Assembly (NCBI GenBank): GCA_964016885.1
Contig: OZ024745.1
Span: 61,194,001 to 61,258,000 of the forward strand
Direction of reading: 5' to 3'
Source of the DNA: Eledone cirrhosa
Taxonomy: Eukaryota
DNA length: 64,000 nucleotides
Below are positions 33,650-46,019 of this stretch, piece after piece (position 1 is the first letter of the stretch; every line of letters starts with the position of its first letter). A program made the position numbers and the translations under genes. The notes below the pieces were generated by a model. It was not told the origin of the DNA. It searched no databases and saw nothing but the letters and a program-made list of their open reading frames with translations.

Positions 33650-34520
33650 TTTTTGGTGGGAGTAGGAAACACACAGAGATAAAATGTCTGTAAAATAACA
33701 ACACAAGTGAATCCAAAGTCTCAGTATACTTTCGGTGGGGGGTAGAATTTACACACAGAAATGTCTGTAAAATAGCCAAACAAGTGCATCCAATGTCCAA
33801 GTATTTTTGGTGAGAGTGGAACACACAGATAAAATGTCTGTAAAATAACCAAACAAGTGCATCCAAAATCCAAGTATTTGGCGATACAACAGTGCCAATA
33901 ATAAATAAGTTATATTTTCATTATAAATATTAGTTAATCCTAACTTGAAATATAATTTCAACTTGTAATTCCTGTTGAAGTTAATGTTATGTCTGACAAT
34001 CTGTAAAACTTTGTTAAAATTATAAGAATTCTTTTTCACACTGATTTTTACTTGACCCTGTATGAAATTTATTGATTTTATCAGGTGTATTTTTACTATG
34101 TATCTGTGAAATCAATACTAATAATGTTTTCTGTTCACCTGTGTAAAAAAAAAAAAAAAAAAAAATTATAATAAGCCTATTATAGTTATTTTCTATTTAC
34201 CTGTGTGAATTTGATCTGATTAAAAATGTTTTCTGTTTATATTTATGTAATTAAATCTATCAAAAATGTTTCTATATTTTATCTTATGTAAAATTAACAT
34301 TTATTTAAACTGTCTTCTGTTAACCTGGGTGAAGGTAATCTCAATGAAGATGTTTTCTGTTTGAAACTAACAGTTTTCTATTTACCCGTGTGAAACTAAT
34401 ATCATCGAAGTTGTTTTCTAATTTACCTGTGTGGAACTAATTTTATGAAAAATAGTTTCTATATACCTGTGTAGAATTTATTCAATCAAGAATATTTTCT
34501 TTTTTTATCTGTGTCAAATT
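33650..34520. repeat. Two degenerate minisatellite arrays (~70-bp units, then ~40-bp units)
   Basis: Recurrent AAATGTCTGTAAAATAAC and ATGTTTTCTGTTTACCTGTGTGAAA. Confidence 0.7.
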
Positions 34521-34645
34521 ACTAATCAAAGGTGTTGGTTCATGAATGTTTTCTTTTTGTTTTTGTTGTGTTTTTTTATCAGCCTGATAAGCATTATTCT
34601 CTTGAAATCTGTGAATGTTGATTACTGCCTAGAATCCCATTTAAA

Positions 34646-34677
<32 letters not shown>

Positions 34678-37600
34678 TATTCTGAGAGCTGCTGGTCTGC
34701 AAGATCTTCAAACTGCCAGTGCTCAACTTTAGAAAGATATTAGTTTTGTGCATTATTATTACTCATACTAGGCCAGTAGATTGGCAGTATCGGACAGTAT
34801 GCTCTGCGGCATATAGCTACAGTTCTTTACATTCTGAGTTCAAATCCCGGCATGGTTTAGCTTAGCCTTTCATCCTTATGGGGTCGATAAAATAAACTAC
34901 CAGTAATGCACTGGGGTCGATTTAATCGACTTTCCCTCCCCTTCAAATTACTCGCCTTGTGCCTAAAGTAGGAACAATTATTATTATCACTATTGTTACT
35001 AGGACAGGGGATTGGCAGAATCGGTAGAGCGTCGCACAACGTGCTATGTGGCATAGAGTTATGGCCCTTTACATTCTGGGCTCAAATCCCACCAAGGTTT
35101 AGCTTTGCCTGTCATCCTTATGGAGGGGAGGGGTCAATAAAATAAAGTACCAGTAATGCACTGAGGTCGATTTAATCGACCCCCCCTCCCTCTAAAATTG
35201 TTGGGTATGTGCCTATATCAGAAACCATTACTACTACTACTGCCACCACCACTACTACTACCGCCACCACCACTACTATTGATACACTCTCACACTATTT
35301 CTCTCTTGATTAAGGACGGAAATTTCAAATTCATAAAATAAAAAAATGCATTCCTTAAGAATCATCATATCAAGTTTCATATAATTCTGGATTGTTTACA
35401 ATGTTATGTATGTCAAATATATATATATATATATACACACATACATATACACATACATATGTATACACACGCACACATATATATATATATATTCATACAG
35501 AGAACAAAAGCACTTTTGTTCTCTGTGTGAACATAAATGATATATTTCTGCTCTCTACCTGATTGTGTACTGTTTTCCTTTTCACACCTAGATATTGATT
35601 ATATATATACACACACACACACACACACATATACACATGTATATATACGTGCACATGCACACTAATATTGAATGCTTTCTATGTAATGTATGTACTAGTC
35701 AATAATCTATTGAATTGTAATGACACAAAACAATATCAAACCAAATCATGTTCTACTTTATACACTGACATTCCAACAGACTACTACTACTACAAAGAAA
35801 TGAAATCAACCTGGTGTATATGTTAAGTTTGTGTACAAATGTACAAGAAGTTCAAAGGTCTTCCATTCTTCTTACACCGCTTTTGTGCAGTCATCTTTGT
35901 ACTATTTCCTTTTACCCTTTAGCATTTAAACCAGCCACTATCCGGCCAGAATTCTCTTCCCTTTTTCTGTTCAAACCGGCCGTAACTGGCCACTCGTACT
36001 GATGTTACGGTATTGTTCTCAACATAAATAATATCAAAATCTCATAGATTTGATATTATGTGAGATAAAGCCTTTACCGTGAAAATACAATAGTGTATAT
36101 AGAGTAATGTAAATGCTAAAGGTTTAAGATACTTCATGTGCACACATCTGTCACAATACTTCTCTCTATTGGTTTTGATACTGATTTTTTTTTTTTTTTT
36201 CAAATGGTTATTGTGTGTGTATATACGTATGTCTGTGTGTGTATGCATCTACATTTGTGAACAGGTTCATAAATTTCAGCTTTGTTGTATATTTGTGTAT
36301 GACAATATGTCTGTTTTAATACATCGAACATACATGAAGCTTTCATAAAACAATAAAGACTTAGTTGTGAGGAAAATATATAACTTTATTATAGAATTTT
36401 TTTCACAAATTCTCTAGAATTGTGTTGTATGTATGGCTGTGTATTTGTCAAGTGTCTTTGTTTTGTTCATCTTAATGTATGAATGTTTAGTCCAAACCTA
36501 TATGTACAATATAGAAACCATTTTAGGTTGGTATATCCTGTTAAAAACATCTGCAATAACTACTAAGGAAGTGTTTAAATTATCATCTTCCTATATTGTA
36601 TTAATATTTTATGTACAGAATGTATCATGTTATTGTTTTGTTCCTTTCTTTTTTAATTTAGATATCATTTCTGTTTAAATTGAAATCTACTTTATAACTA
36701 AAATATAGACTTGTATCTTCATCTAAGCTCTATCCTGCCCCTGTGAAATATTTTGGTTGTGAATCTCCCTGTGCCTACAACATACTGAGAAAATGTTTTA
36801 GCAATCAGCTATGTATCAACCAGATCAAGATCTTTTAAAGGTGTAGTTTGTACATCTGGAGCCTCTGTTTAAATTGCCTTTTAAATAACCAGCTTCTGCT
36901 TTGATCCAACTTTCTTTTCTCCTGTTAGATATCATGAATAATTCGGCCTACATCATAAAATTTCTCCCCCTCAACCAAATCAAAAATTCTTTTAAATACA
37001 AGTACACATCTGTTTCTGTATTTTTTTCTATGCCAAACTGTACTTGCATTTAATTTTTTTTTTTTCCCAGAGATATTGAAATATATATACCAACATGATA
37101 TGTTGTTTTTGTTTTGTTTATAGCTAATATTTATTTAACTAGAAATAGTTAAATAATTATGAAGTTTAGGCCAAAACTGAGTTTGATTCTGTTATCTTTG
37201 TAGTATCATAAATAACAAAAGCTGGACATATTTCATCAAAAGGTTGTGTCTTCATTGCTTTTCTTTTCTATACAAACTAATGTAAAACTGAGCGTCAGCT
37301 TCATAAAGATTGTTTCTTGTACACTGAATAAAATAAACCATGACATCTACTATTGTCAAGAGGGTTTTCATATCTACCTGTTTTACTGCATGATATACAG
37401 TTTACTATAAAATCCAGATGGTAGAATCGTTGGATTAAATGCCTTGTAGTATTTTGTCTGGTTCTCTGAGTCCAAGTCCCACCAATGTCAACTTTTTTCC
37501 TTTTATCCTTTCAGGATCAATAAATAAGCCTATGGCAGTGGATTAATGGAATTGTTAGAATGTCAGACTTAAACCTGGCAGTATTATCTCTTTCAGTTCT

Positions 37601-37771
37601 TTGCCTTCTTAGTTCACCTATGATATCATATGTGCCTAACTCTATTAGCCATGGTCTTCCACAAAAAAAGAAAAGAAAAGATAAATAAACTTAGCCCAGG
37701 CCTGTACCTTGAAGATAAATTTTCTAAGTGCAGATGCATGGTCCCATGATACATAAGATGACCTTGGATAG

Positions 37772-38470
37772 GCATCATCATCATCATTTTTACATCCATT
37801 TTTCCCCACTTGCATGGGTTGTACAGGTGTTTTTTCAGCACAGCTTCTTTCCACTCACTATGCTTCTTCATCATCTCCACTGTGAGTCTCAGTGATTTGA
37901 AGTCTGCTCTCACAACCTCTGCCCAGGTCTTTCTCAGTCTACCTCTACTGCGGCTTCCATCGACTGGCATTTCCTCACCCATTGATCATCCGTACCAATG
38001 CAGTCTTCTCTCCTGCACACCACCCCAGATTCCTCTTAAACCTAGTTTTTCCCTCAGTTCACCCAAGCCCTGCCTTTCTCTCACATTTATGTTGCACATC
38101 CAATGAAGCATGGCTGCTTCATTTCTCTCCAGTCTTCTGTAGTCACTGCTCATGTTTCACTACTATGCAGCATCGTGCACAGGCGTCTTAGAGTCATCCT
38201 TTTGTACACAAGGAGAAACCATTTGTGGTCAACAGTGGGAGTAGCTCTCTAAACTTCTTCCAGCCTATCCTTATTCTAGCTATTAATATTATACTCTCAG
38301 AGCACCTTCCTCCATTGCTATTTAAGTCACCTAGATAGTAGAAGCTGTCAACCACTTCTATGTATCTTCTACATACAAAGTCTTCCTTTCCTGTTAGTCT
38401 ACCCGTTATCCCACTACATCTCTTGTGCACCCAAAATTTACATTGTGTACACTGTGTGGAGTTTATAGAA
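37772..38470 (-). mobile_element. Degenerate RTE LINE fragment
   Basis: [45 protein letters not shown], (GAT)n tail. Confidence 0.85.
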
Positions 38471-39189
38471 ATCATATAGCCAAGTGGATAAATCATTGAA
38501 TAACTTGTTCATGAGTTCAAATCCATTGTGCTTAATTGTTTCAGGATAAAACACTTTATTCTATTTTACTTCAGTTTATTTTTCAAATATTGAAAGAATG
38601 CTCCACCTCTGTACACCAAATATTTCAATCAGCTTTGACTATGGTTTTTATTGAATTGCATGTAATATCTGGTGTACAACAACCTGCGCCAGATTAAATT
38701 TACCAGACAAGCATGTCCAACCCATGCAAGTGTGGAAAAACGGACATAAAAACGATGATGATGATGAAGCATTTTCAGCTACAACAGAGTCTTGTGAACA
38801 CAAATTACTAAACTACTTTTGGGTCCCAAATAATAGGGTGGAGTTGGAATAAGTGGGTGGAAAAACGTTAATTTTTCTAGGTCGTTTCCTTGATTTTTTT
38901 TTTAACCAGAATTAGTCGCTTAGTTGACGTATTTAGCATGTGGTTAGGTCTTGGGAAAGAATCGTTGGACAGATTTTACGGGCTAAAACCAACCAGCAGA
39001 AGACCCAGAGGTAGACCTCAAGCAAGATGGTTGGATAAAAACCATGAGCTTGGCTGGTCCATTTGGGTTTCCAGTTGGCGACGGTTGCTTCTGACAGGAC
39101 CCGCTGAAAGGAGTGTTTGAGGACTCTTCCCACACAACCCTCTCAAGAATAAGTGGGTGAAGAAGTCTGCACACATATATATTGAGCCT

Positions 39190-40545
39190 TCACATATGCA
39201 TGTCGACAGATTTTTGTGATGTGTGTACCAGGATCTCAGGTAGACTAACAAAGAATGTAGGTTTTACAGGTGAGCATTGCACAGGAGCAGTAAACAACAA
39301 GCGCTCACAGGAAACAAGCTCTATCAAATTCTTAGAGGGTTCCATAGAAGCAGTTGACAGTTTACGGCAGTATCATCGTTAACTACTACAAGGACAAAAG
39401 AGATGCACAAGATAGAGGAAACTATAGAGGCATCAAGTTGATGGACCATGTCATGGTGGTTACAGAAAGAGTTATTGCACAGCTGGTTAGGGATCAAGTT
39501 AGCCTAGTTGAGATGCAGTTTAGATTTGTACCACGTAAAAGTACCATTGAGACCCACTTCCTTGTGAGGTAACTGCAGAAGTATCTAGCTCAAAGTAAGC
39601 CCCTTCACTTAGCATTTGTTGACCTGGAGAAAACCTTTGACGGTGGACTCTTAGAAAATGAGTGGCTTGTGGGGATGGTACAAGCTATGTACAGAGGAGT
39701 GGTCAGCAAGGTTAGAATTAAGAATGGTTATAATAAAGAATTTAGCCTACAAGTAGGAGTCCAGTAGGGTTCTATTCTTAGCCCTCTCCTGTTTATTAAT
39801 GTCTGACTACAATAGAAGTGTTTAAGAATGGCTGCCCATGGGAACTTCTATATGCCAATGATCTAACCCTCATAACTGAATCTATGGGAGAATTAGAGAA
39901 GAAATTCCAAACCCGGAAGCAAAAGGTTTTAAATCAACTTAGCAAAGACTAAAGTCCTACTAAGTAGAAAGGAAAACACTGACCAGATCTCTTCAGGGAA
40001 ATTGCCTTGTTCAGTATGCAGGAAAGGAGTAGATAGAAGTTCCATTCTGTCCCAAATGCAGGCTAATGAGTACACAAGAGATGTATTTGGATCTCAGGTA
40101 AACTAGCAAAGAACCTAGGTTTTATATGTGGTCGATGCACAAGAGCTCACAGGGAACGAGCTATGTTAAATGATCGGAGCTCCACAGAAGTAGTTGATAG
40201 CTGCTGTTACCTGAATGATCATATTAGCAGTGGCAGTGGATGTTCTGAAAGTACAGTAGCCAGAGTGAGAACAGGATTGAAAAAGTTCAAGGAACTACTA
40301 CTACTGTTAGCTACAAAAGGTTTTTCTCTCAAAATGAAAGACATTGCATGACGTTTATGTATGAACAGAGGTGAGACCTGGGCACTGAGCAGAGGACCTA
40401 GAAAGATTGGAAAGAAATGAAGCTTGCATGCTTTGATGGATGTGTAATAGTAGTGTGCATGAATAAACTGAGAGAGAAACTAAGCATAAGAGTGATCAGA
40501 TGCAGTGTAAAAGAGAGAAGACTGCAGTGATATCGACATGTGGAG
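39190..40545 (+). mobile_element. Degenerate RTE LINE (RT region)
   Basis: NYRGIKLMDH, AFVDLEK, CPWELLYANDL, with many stops and frameshifts. Confidence 0.88.
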
Positions 40546-41559
40546 CAGTCAGTGCGTGGGCTTCCCTTTGCTCATAATAGTGACAGATCAAGGCAGTGAC
40601 ATTGGGAGTTTGGTTCCATTGTGTTCGGACCTGGTGTATATATTTATTTACCACACATTAACGGTATATTTGAAAGTGTTATTAATTAGCTAAGCCACTA
40701 TTCCTTTTTAGTTTTAAATGTTTTTTTTTATCACAAGACTCACTATTCAACCTTAATAAAATTGAAGAAACCTACTATCTTATTTGCCTACTTAAAAACC
40801 ATTACATTTATTTGATTACTTCGTTAAACTTTAAGATTAGGTGAACCCCTTTTTCACGTTTTCCCGGTAAAAATCCAGTGCCTACAACGAGTAAAAGAAC
40901 AAATGAATAATATATCAAAAATATTTTATTGGATATATAAAATGTTCCATTCAAAACGCGATAAATGTAGGCAGAACGAATTTTTTAACAATCTAAATTA
41001 TCTTAGTAAGTACAACCATATTATGCTAAAAACAAGTTTTCGTTTTTATAAAATAACAAAAGCTGATTATAACGAAAATGGCAAACATAGATAATTATAA
41101 GAGAATGAAAAAGGCAGTTAATAAATAAATGAAGAAAGCTTTTAAACTTTATACCGCTCTGAAATGACTCAGATAAAAGTATAAATATATTTCGGTTACT
41201 TTGAAAACATTGAAGTTAATGAACAAACATAGAGTTATGGCCCTTTACAGCCTGAGTTCAAATCCCGCCGAGGTTAACTTTGTTTTTCATCCTTACGGGG
41301 GTCGATAAAATAAAGTAATAGGGATAATTGCTGACCTTGTGTCAAAACTAAAAACAGTTATTTCATAACTGGATGTATTCAAGCTATTCCCACATACAGA
41401 GAGAGAGAGAGAGAGAGAAAGTGTTGTCAGAACGACTATCCTTCACCTCCAACTAATTTACCCTCCGCCTTTTTAGGAGAAAAATAGCATCGTTGACACT
41501 CGGAAATACGGTAAATAGCAATGTTGGTGTGGGTGGTCAGGCCAAAGTAAATAAGATAA

Positions 41560-41690
41560 AATTCATATCTCTGTTTGCTTATGGCACTACAACGGAATTG
41601 GCTGTCAGAAGTGAAAGTAGAAGAATGTGACGTCATTCGTCAAACCTTCGTTTATTTCCGTATCACCACCACCACCATGTGTAAATAAAT
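41560..41690. promoter_or_regulatory. Possible promoter: CRE site TGACGTCA (41628-41635) with a nearby ATTGG (CCAAT) box
   Basis: Motifs in a CpG-retaining segment ~1.5 kb upstream of the ZBED ORF; motif-only evidence. Confidence 0.3.
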
Positions 41691-41779
41691 AAACTTTATG
41701 TTGTTCTGTCTTGATTTGCATGTAAAAAAAAGTATTCTAAAATCTTCAATATGTATTTTATTTTCACTGACAACTTTTC

Positions 41780-42010
41780 TGCTGCCTGCCAAGCTGAACA
41801 GATCAAACTACCCAAATATCAGCCGCTCTGATATGTTTGTGGTAGAGCTTGTAGCAATGGAGACTTCAAGACACCCCCGGACTACATCCCTAACCAATGC
41901 TATCAGAGCGGAAATAGCTGCTTATCGCAGGTGCGAGCCCGCGGGGTGGAGTGGCTGTTCTAGCATGTCTCCCTTGCCGTCATCCGTAGCAAGGTATTCT
42001 CGGTCCTGTC
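41780..42010 (+). mobile_element. 3' fragment of a CRE/R2-group non-LTR element (REL endonuclease); related pieces 53320-53650(+), 62000-62260(-), 22480-22720(-)
   Basis: Degenerate VAMETS and AIxRGNxA-like segments; PVETSGVFHPRATSLL in the 62 kb copy; shared GCAGGTG(C/T)GAGCC..AGCATGTCTCCCT. Confidence 0.55.
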
Positions 42011-43132
42011 GGCCAGGACCCAGAGACAAATATAAGTTAGTTGGAAGTGGAGGATACTCAATGGGATTTTGAAACACACAGTTGAAGAAAGAGAGTGTGT
42101 GTGTGTGTGTTAATATTAACAGATCTTGTCATACTAATTCAGACCAACAAACTAAATAATAATAATAAAAATAATGGTTTCTGATTTAGGCACAAGGTCA
42201 GCAAATTTTGGGGAAGGAGACAGACGATTAAATCGACCCTAGTGCGTGACTAGTACTATGTTTTATCGAGACCGTGAGGATGAAAGGCCAAGCTAATCTC
42301 GAAGAATATTTTCTTTATTAGCCACAAAGGGTTTACAAAAAATACATTAAAAGGACAACACAGGACGGTACAATACGGGTTTCTCCGTGTAAAAATAAAC
42401 ATAATAATAATAATTCTTTCTACTAACAATAAAAATACACAAATAACGAACGAATTTTGTATCACATTAATGCTGCTTTGTATAAACAGAATTTATCAAA
42501 CGTCGAAATTGCTCAGCTGCAGCTTGATAGATTACGCAGCAAATAAAAGTTCGGCAGAATTAGTTGTCTAAATATTGATACGGACATGGACATTTCGATT
42601 CCAAAATTTTTCTTTTTCAGTTTCAAATTTTAGGTTGATAATATTTGAGGAATTGTTGCAAATCACGAGAAGAGAAAGGATGAAAAGAAAGAAAAAAAAT
42701 CAATTTTAATTTTTTTATTTATTTTAAACTGAAATTGAAAAATCAAAATCGAATCGAAATCGAATATATTGAAATTGAAATTTGAATCGATAATAAATTC
42801 CAGTTTTTAAAGAATTTCAGTTCCGGTTCAAATTTTGGTTTAACTTTATTTTTTTTCACGTTTTACTTTTAATTATGAAAATTTAAAATACTATTTTTAA
42901 TTGTCAATTAAGCTTCTTTAAAAACATGGAATGAAGTCTGTCAACTCTCTCTCTCTCTTTCTCTGTTATTAAGGAACTTCCTGGTTATATAATTTACATA
43001 AATTATATTCTTTAATTCACAGAAACCAGTAAGTAACACTATTTACGATCTGTTTTACACTGAAGTTGAGCTCTCTATTACATATTTTTGTCTGTTAACC
43101 ATTTCTATAGAATTTCTTCTGCATTGTTTAAT

Positions 43133-44950
43133 ATGGGACGTCACAGAACTAATGAAGCATATTCATATTTTACAATCGTTGGTTCTCGTGAAAACGCAAT
43201 AGCAGCCTGTAATGTAATGGGTTGCACTATGGCTTTGAGGCATCCTTGTGCTACTAATCTAATGAAACATCTGGAGAGACACCATAAAGCAGAATTTGAA
43301 ATTTTAGCTCGAAGACGAGAAGCTTTAGCTGCAACAGGGAAAAGATTACTCATGCTAGTCGAAAATAAAACTCCAGATTACAACCAAGCTAAGGTTTCAA
43401 AAAATGTTAATGACTTACATGGTGGTTTAACAATAAACATCCCAATGAATATAAAAACTTTTAATAATGCTATGATTGAGTTGGTGACTATGAATGGGAG
43501 ACCCTTTTCTGCAGTAGAAGACAGTGGATTATGTAAATTGATTGATCCAATTAAAAGAGCACTTAACACAGAAATGGATCGGAAGAAAATTTCCAATTTA
43601 ATTGATGAAAAAGCTGCAGAAATTGTAAATCAGATAAGTGAAGAACTTCAAAACAGAATGTTTTCTTTGAAAATTGACATAGCATCTCATCTAGATCAAA
43701 CTGTGTTGGCACTTAATGCTCAAGCCATTATTAAAGACACTCTTCAAATAAGAACACTAGCTGTTACAAACTTCTCTTCAGCTTATACAGGTGAAAATAT
43801 CAAAGAAATAGTTATAAATGTGTTGTCGAAATACAGCTTAAGTTTAAATCAAGTATATTCTATCACTGTTGATTGTGCTAGAAAGGATGAAGAAACTGAA
43901 ATTACCAGTGAAGAAAGTGATATAAGTAAAGTGGAGGACATAAAAATAGGCAGTGGTTTTTTTGTGAAATGTGCAGCTCATGCTTTACAACTTGCAGTAA
44001 AAGATGCACTCCAGGGAGAACTGTATGCTAACACTATATCTCATGCTAGAAATATATCTAAAATGTTGTGTAATCCAGTTGTAATGAATATTTTAAAGGT
44101 ACAAAAATATTGTATGCCTACTGTAGACGTGATGACACAATGGTGTTCTACATATGAAATGATTACCCGTTTAATGGAACTTCGACCGTTTATTGAAGAG
44201 TTTGTTGAAATAACTGGAATCAACTTGAAAGTTTCTCTTCAGTATTGGGTACAATTACAAGAAATAATGCACGTATTAGAACCGGCTAAAAAAACTGTAG
44301 TACGATTACAAGAAGAAAACTTGATTCCAGGAGATTTCTATAAAGTGTGGTTTGTTTGCAAAAGTGAAATTTCAAAAATTGAATGTACGTTGGCTAACAA
44401 CGTCATAGAAGCAATGAATGCCAGGGAAAATGAACTTCTTAAAAATGAAATAATATTAGCATCATTATATTTAGATCCTAGATTTAGTGTTATGTTATCT
44501 GAAGCAGATGAAGAACGAGCAATAAGCCATTTAATCAGACTTCATGGAGCATTGAGTGCAATGTATCCAAAACCTGAGCATAAAGTAGTTCCATATGAGA
44601 TGGTATCTGCTACAACAGAAAATGAATTAGAAAATATGCTTAGATTTGCTGCACAAAGCAAGAAAAATATAAATGCCACAAAAAAATCCATCTTATCATC
44701 TTTGAGAGACTTTTCATATACTGAAAGAATTCCTCCAGATAGTTGTTTAATTTCTTGGTGGAACACAATGAAAATAAAGTATGAAGACTTATATAAATTG
44801 GCTATTGTTGTGCATGCTGTTCCAATGACACAAATCAGTGTGAAACGGTTATTTTCTATTTTTGAAACGATTTTAAGTCCACAAAAAGACAATTTACTGC
44901 ATGAAAACATTGAGAATATTTTAATAGTTCATACTAATTTCAACATATAA
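43133..44950 (+). CDS. hAT transposase-derived BED zinc-finger protein (ZBED-like), 605 aa from the first ATG, probably domesticated
   Basis: Uninterrupted ORF. N-terminal BED finger (YSYF..CNVMGC..TNLMKHLERHH), RPFSAVEDSG, SLKID, ITVD, CAAHALQL, YLDPRF, C-terminal hAT dimerisation motif (WW..YEDLYKLA..VPMTQISVKRLFS). Splice acceptor TTTCTATAG at 43110. Confidence 0.88.
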   Translation: MGRHRTNEAYSYFTIVGSRENAIAACNVMGCTMALRHPCATNLMKHLERHHKAEFEILARRREALAATGKRLLMLVENKTPDYNQAKVSKNVNDLHGGLTINIPMNIKTFNNAMIELVTMNGRPFSAVEDSGLCKLIDPIKRALNTEMDRKKISNLIDEKAAEIVNQISEELQNRMFSLKIDIASHLDQTVLALNAQAIIKDTLQIRTLAVTNFSSAYTGENIKEIVINVLSKYSLSLNQVYSITVDCARKDEETEITSEESDISKVEDIKIGSGFFVKCAAHALQLAVKDALQGELYANTISHARNISKMLCNPVVMNILKVQKYCMPTVDVMTQWCSTYEMITRLMELRPFIEEFVEITGINLKVSLQYWVQLQEIMHVLEPAKKTVVRLQEENLIPGDFYKVWFVCKSEISKIECTLANNVIEAMNARENELLKNEIILASLYLDPRFSVMLSEADEERAISHLIRLHGALSAMYPKPEHKVVPYEMVSATTENELENMLRFAAQSKKNINATKKSILSSLRDFSYTERIPPDSCLISWWNTMKIKYEDLYKLAIVVHAVPMTQISVKRLFSIFETILSPQKDNLLHENIENILIVHTNFNI

Positions 44951-45107
44951 ACTTATATATTGCATTAAGATATGGGAAAATTAACAAAGCATAGATATGT
45001 ATACCATCATCATATATATATAATTCAAATTTAAAAGATCATTTGAGCTTATTTATTGAGAAACATAATCATCATACATATTATATATGTATTGATACCT
45101 TAACATA

Positions 45108-45108
<1 letters not shown>

Positions 45109-45158
<50 letters not shown>
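45109..45158. repeat. (TA)n microsatellite; others at ~23023, 51368, 61026; (TG)n at ~34646
   Basis: Directly visible. Confidence 0.95.
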
Positions 45159-45161
<3 letters not shown>

Positions 45162-45274
45162 GCACTTTGGCTACACACCAATCGGCGAAACTGTGCAGTC
45201 AGGACTTTGAAGAAAAATTAGGTATATTTTTGTCTATTTGCTCTTCACACTTATAATTGTTATACATATATATA

Positions 45275-45393
45275 TCAAGTTTGATATAGAAATGGCTTTT
45301 ACAGGACTAGAACTGTTTGATTCAAAAGAAATCATTTCTTTTGAATGAAACAGTTCTAGTCCTGTAGAAGCCATTTCTATATTAAACTTGATG
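45275..45393. repeat. ~120-bp near-perfect palindrome of a Penelope-type repeat; single arm also at 61735-61780
   Basis: ATCAAGTTTGATATAGAAATGGCTTTTACAGGACTAGAACTGTTT...AAACAGTTCTAGTCCTGTAGAAGCCATTTCTATATTAAACTTGAT. Confidence 0.8.
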
Positions 45394-46019
45394 TTTACAC
45401 TCTACTAATGTATTGAGTACCTTACAAACTGTGGTTACCCCCAACTGAACCCTGGACACACACACACATATATATACTAGCATTTATGTTGGACATTTCA
45501 CTTTCATCATTTAAGTAGTCAAAAGGATGTTTATTCCAAAAATGCACCTGTAAAACTATAATATATAATAAACTCACAAGAGAATCACAGTTACAATTGT
45601 AAGAAGCAGCTGGTGTTGAGCCATGTCTGGCTGAAACTGTTGGTCTAGTATGTTCTCACTCCATTTTTGGTCAAAATAAATTAGTGGGAAATCTTTAGAA
45701 GATTTCTACACTCTTTAAAGATCAATATCTGTTTGGCTTTTCAAAATAACTCACTTTTTTTAATGAAATGTTATTCAAATAAAATATAACACAAAAATAC
45801 ATATCATTTGGTTGTAGCAATGACAACAAGAGCACTGACAGTAGATTGCAAAAATACCAATAGCAACAACTGTGACAAAGACAATATACTGATTGTGACA
45901 ATGTTAATGTCAACAATGTGACTGCGAAAAAGACAAAATGACAATCTTAACATTTTTAGTTGTGATGATGTTAAGAGCATGATTTGCTGTAATAACAACC
46001 AGTTATAACAACACAAGTC

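Noticed and set aside
33220-33885. CRISPR-like regular repeats
   Set aside because: Head-to-tail units without unique spacers, eukaryotic context and no cas genes.
43023-43028. 6-nt microexon CACAG|AAACCA|GTAAGT upstream of the ZBED ORF
   Set aside because: Plausible splice signals, but it cannot be supported without transcripts and the exon could start further upstream.
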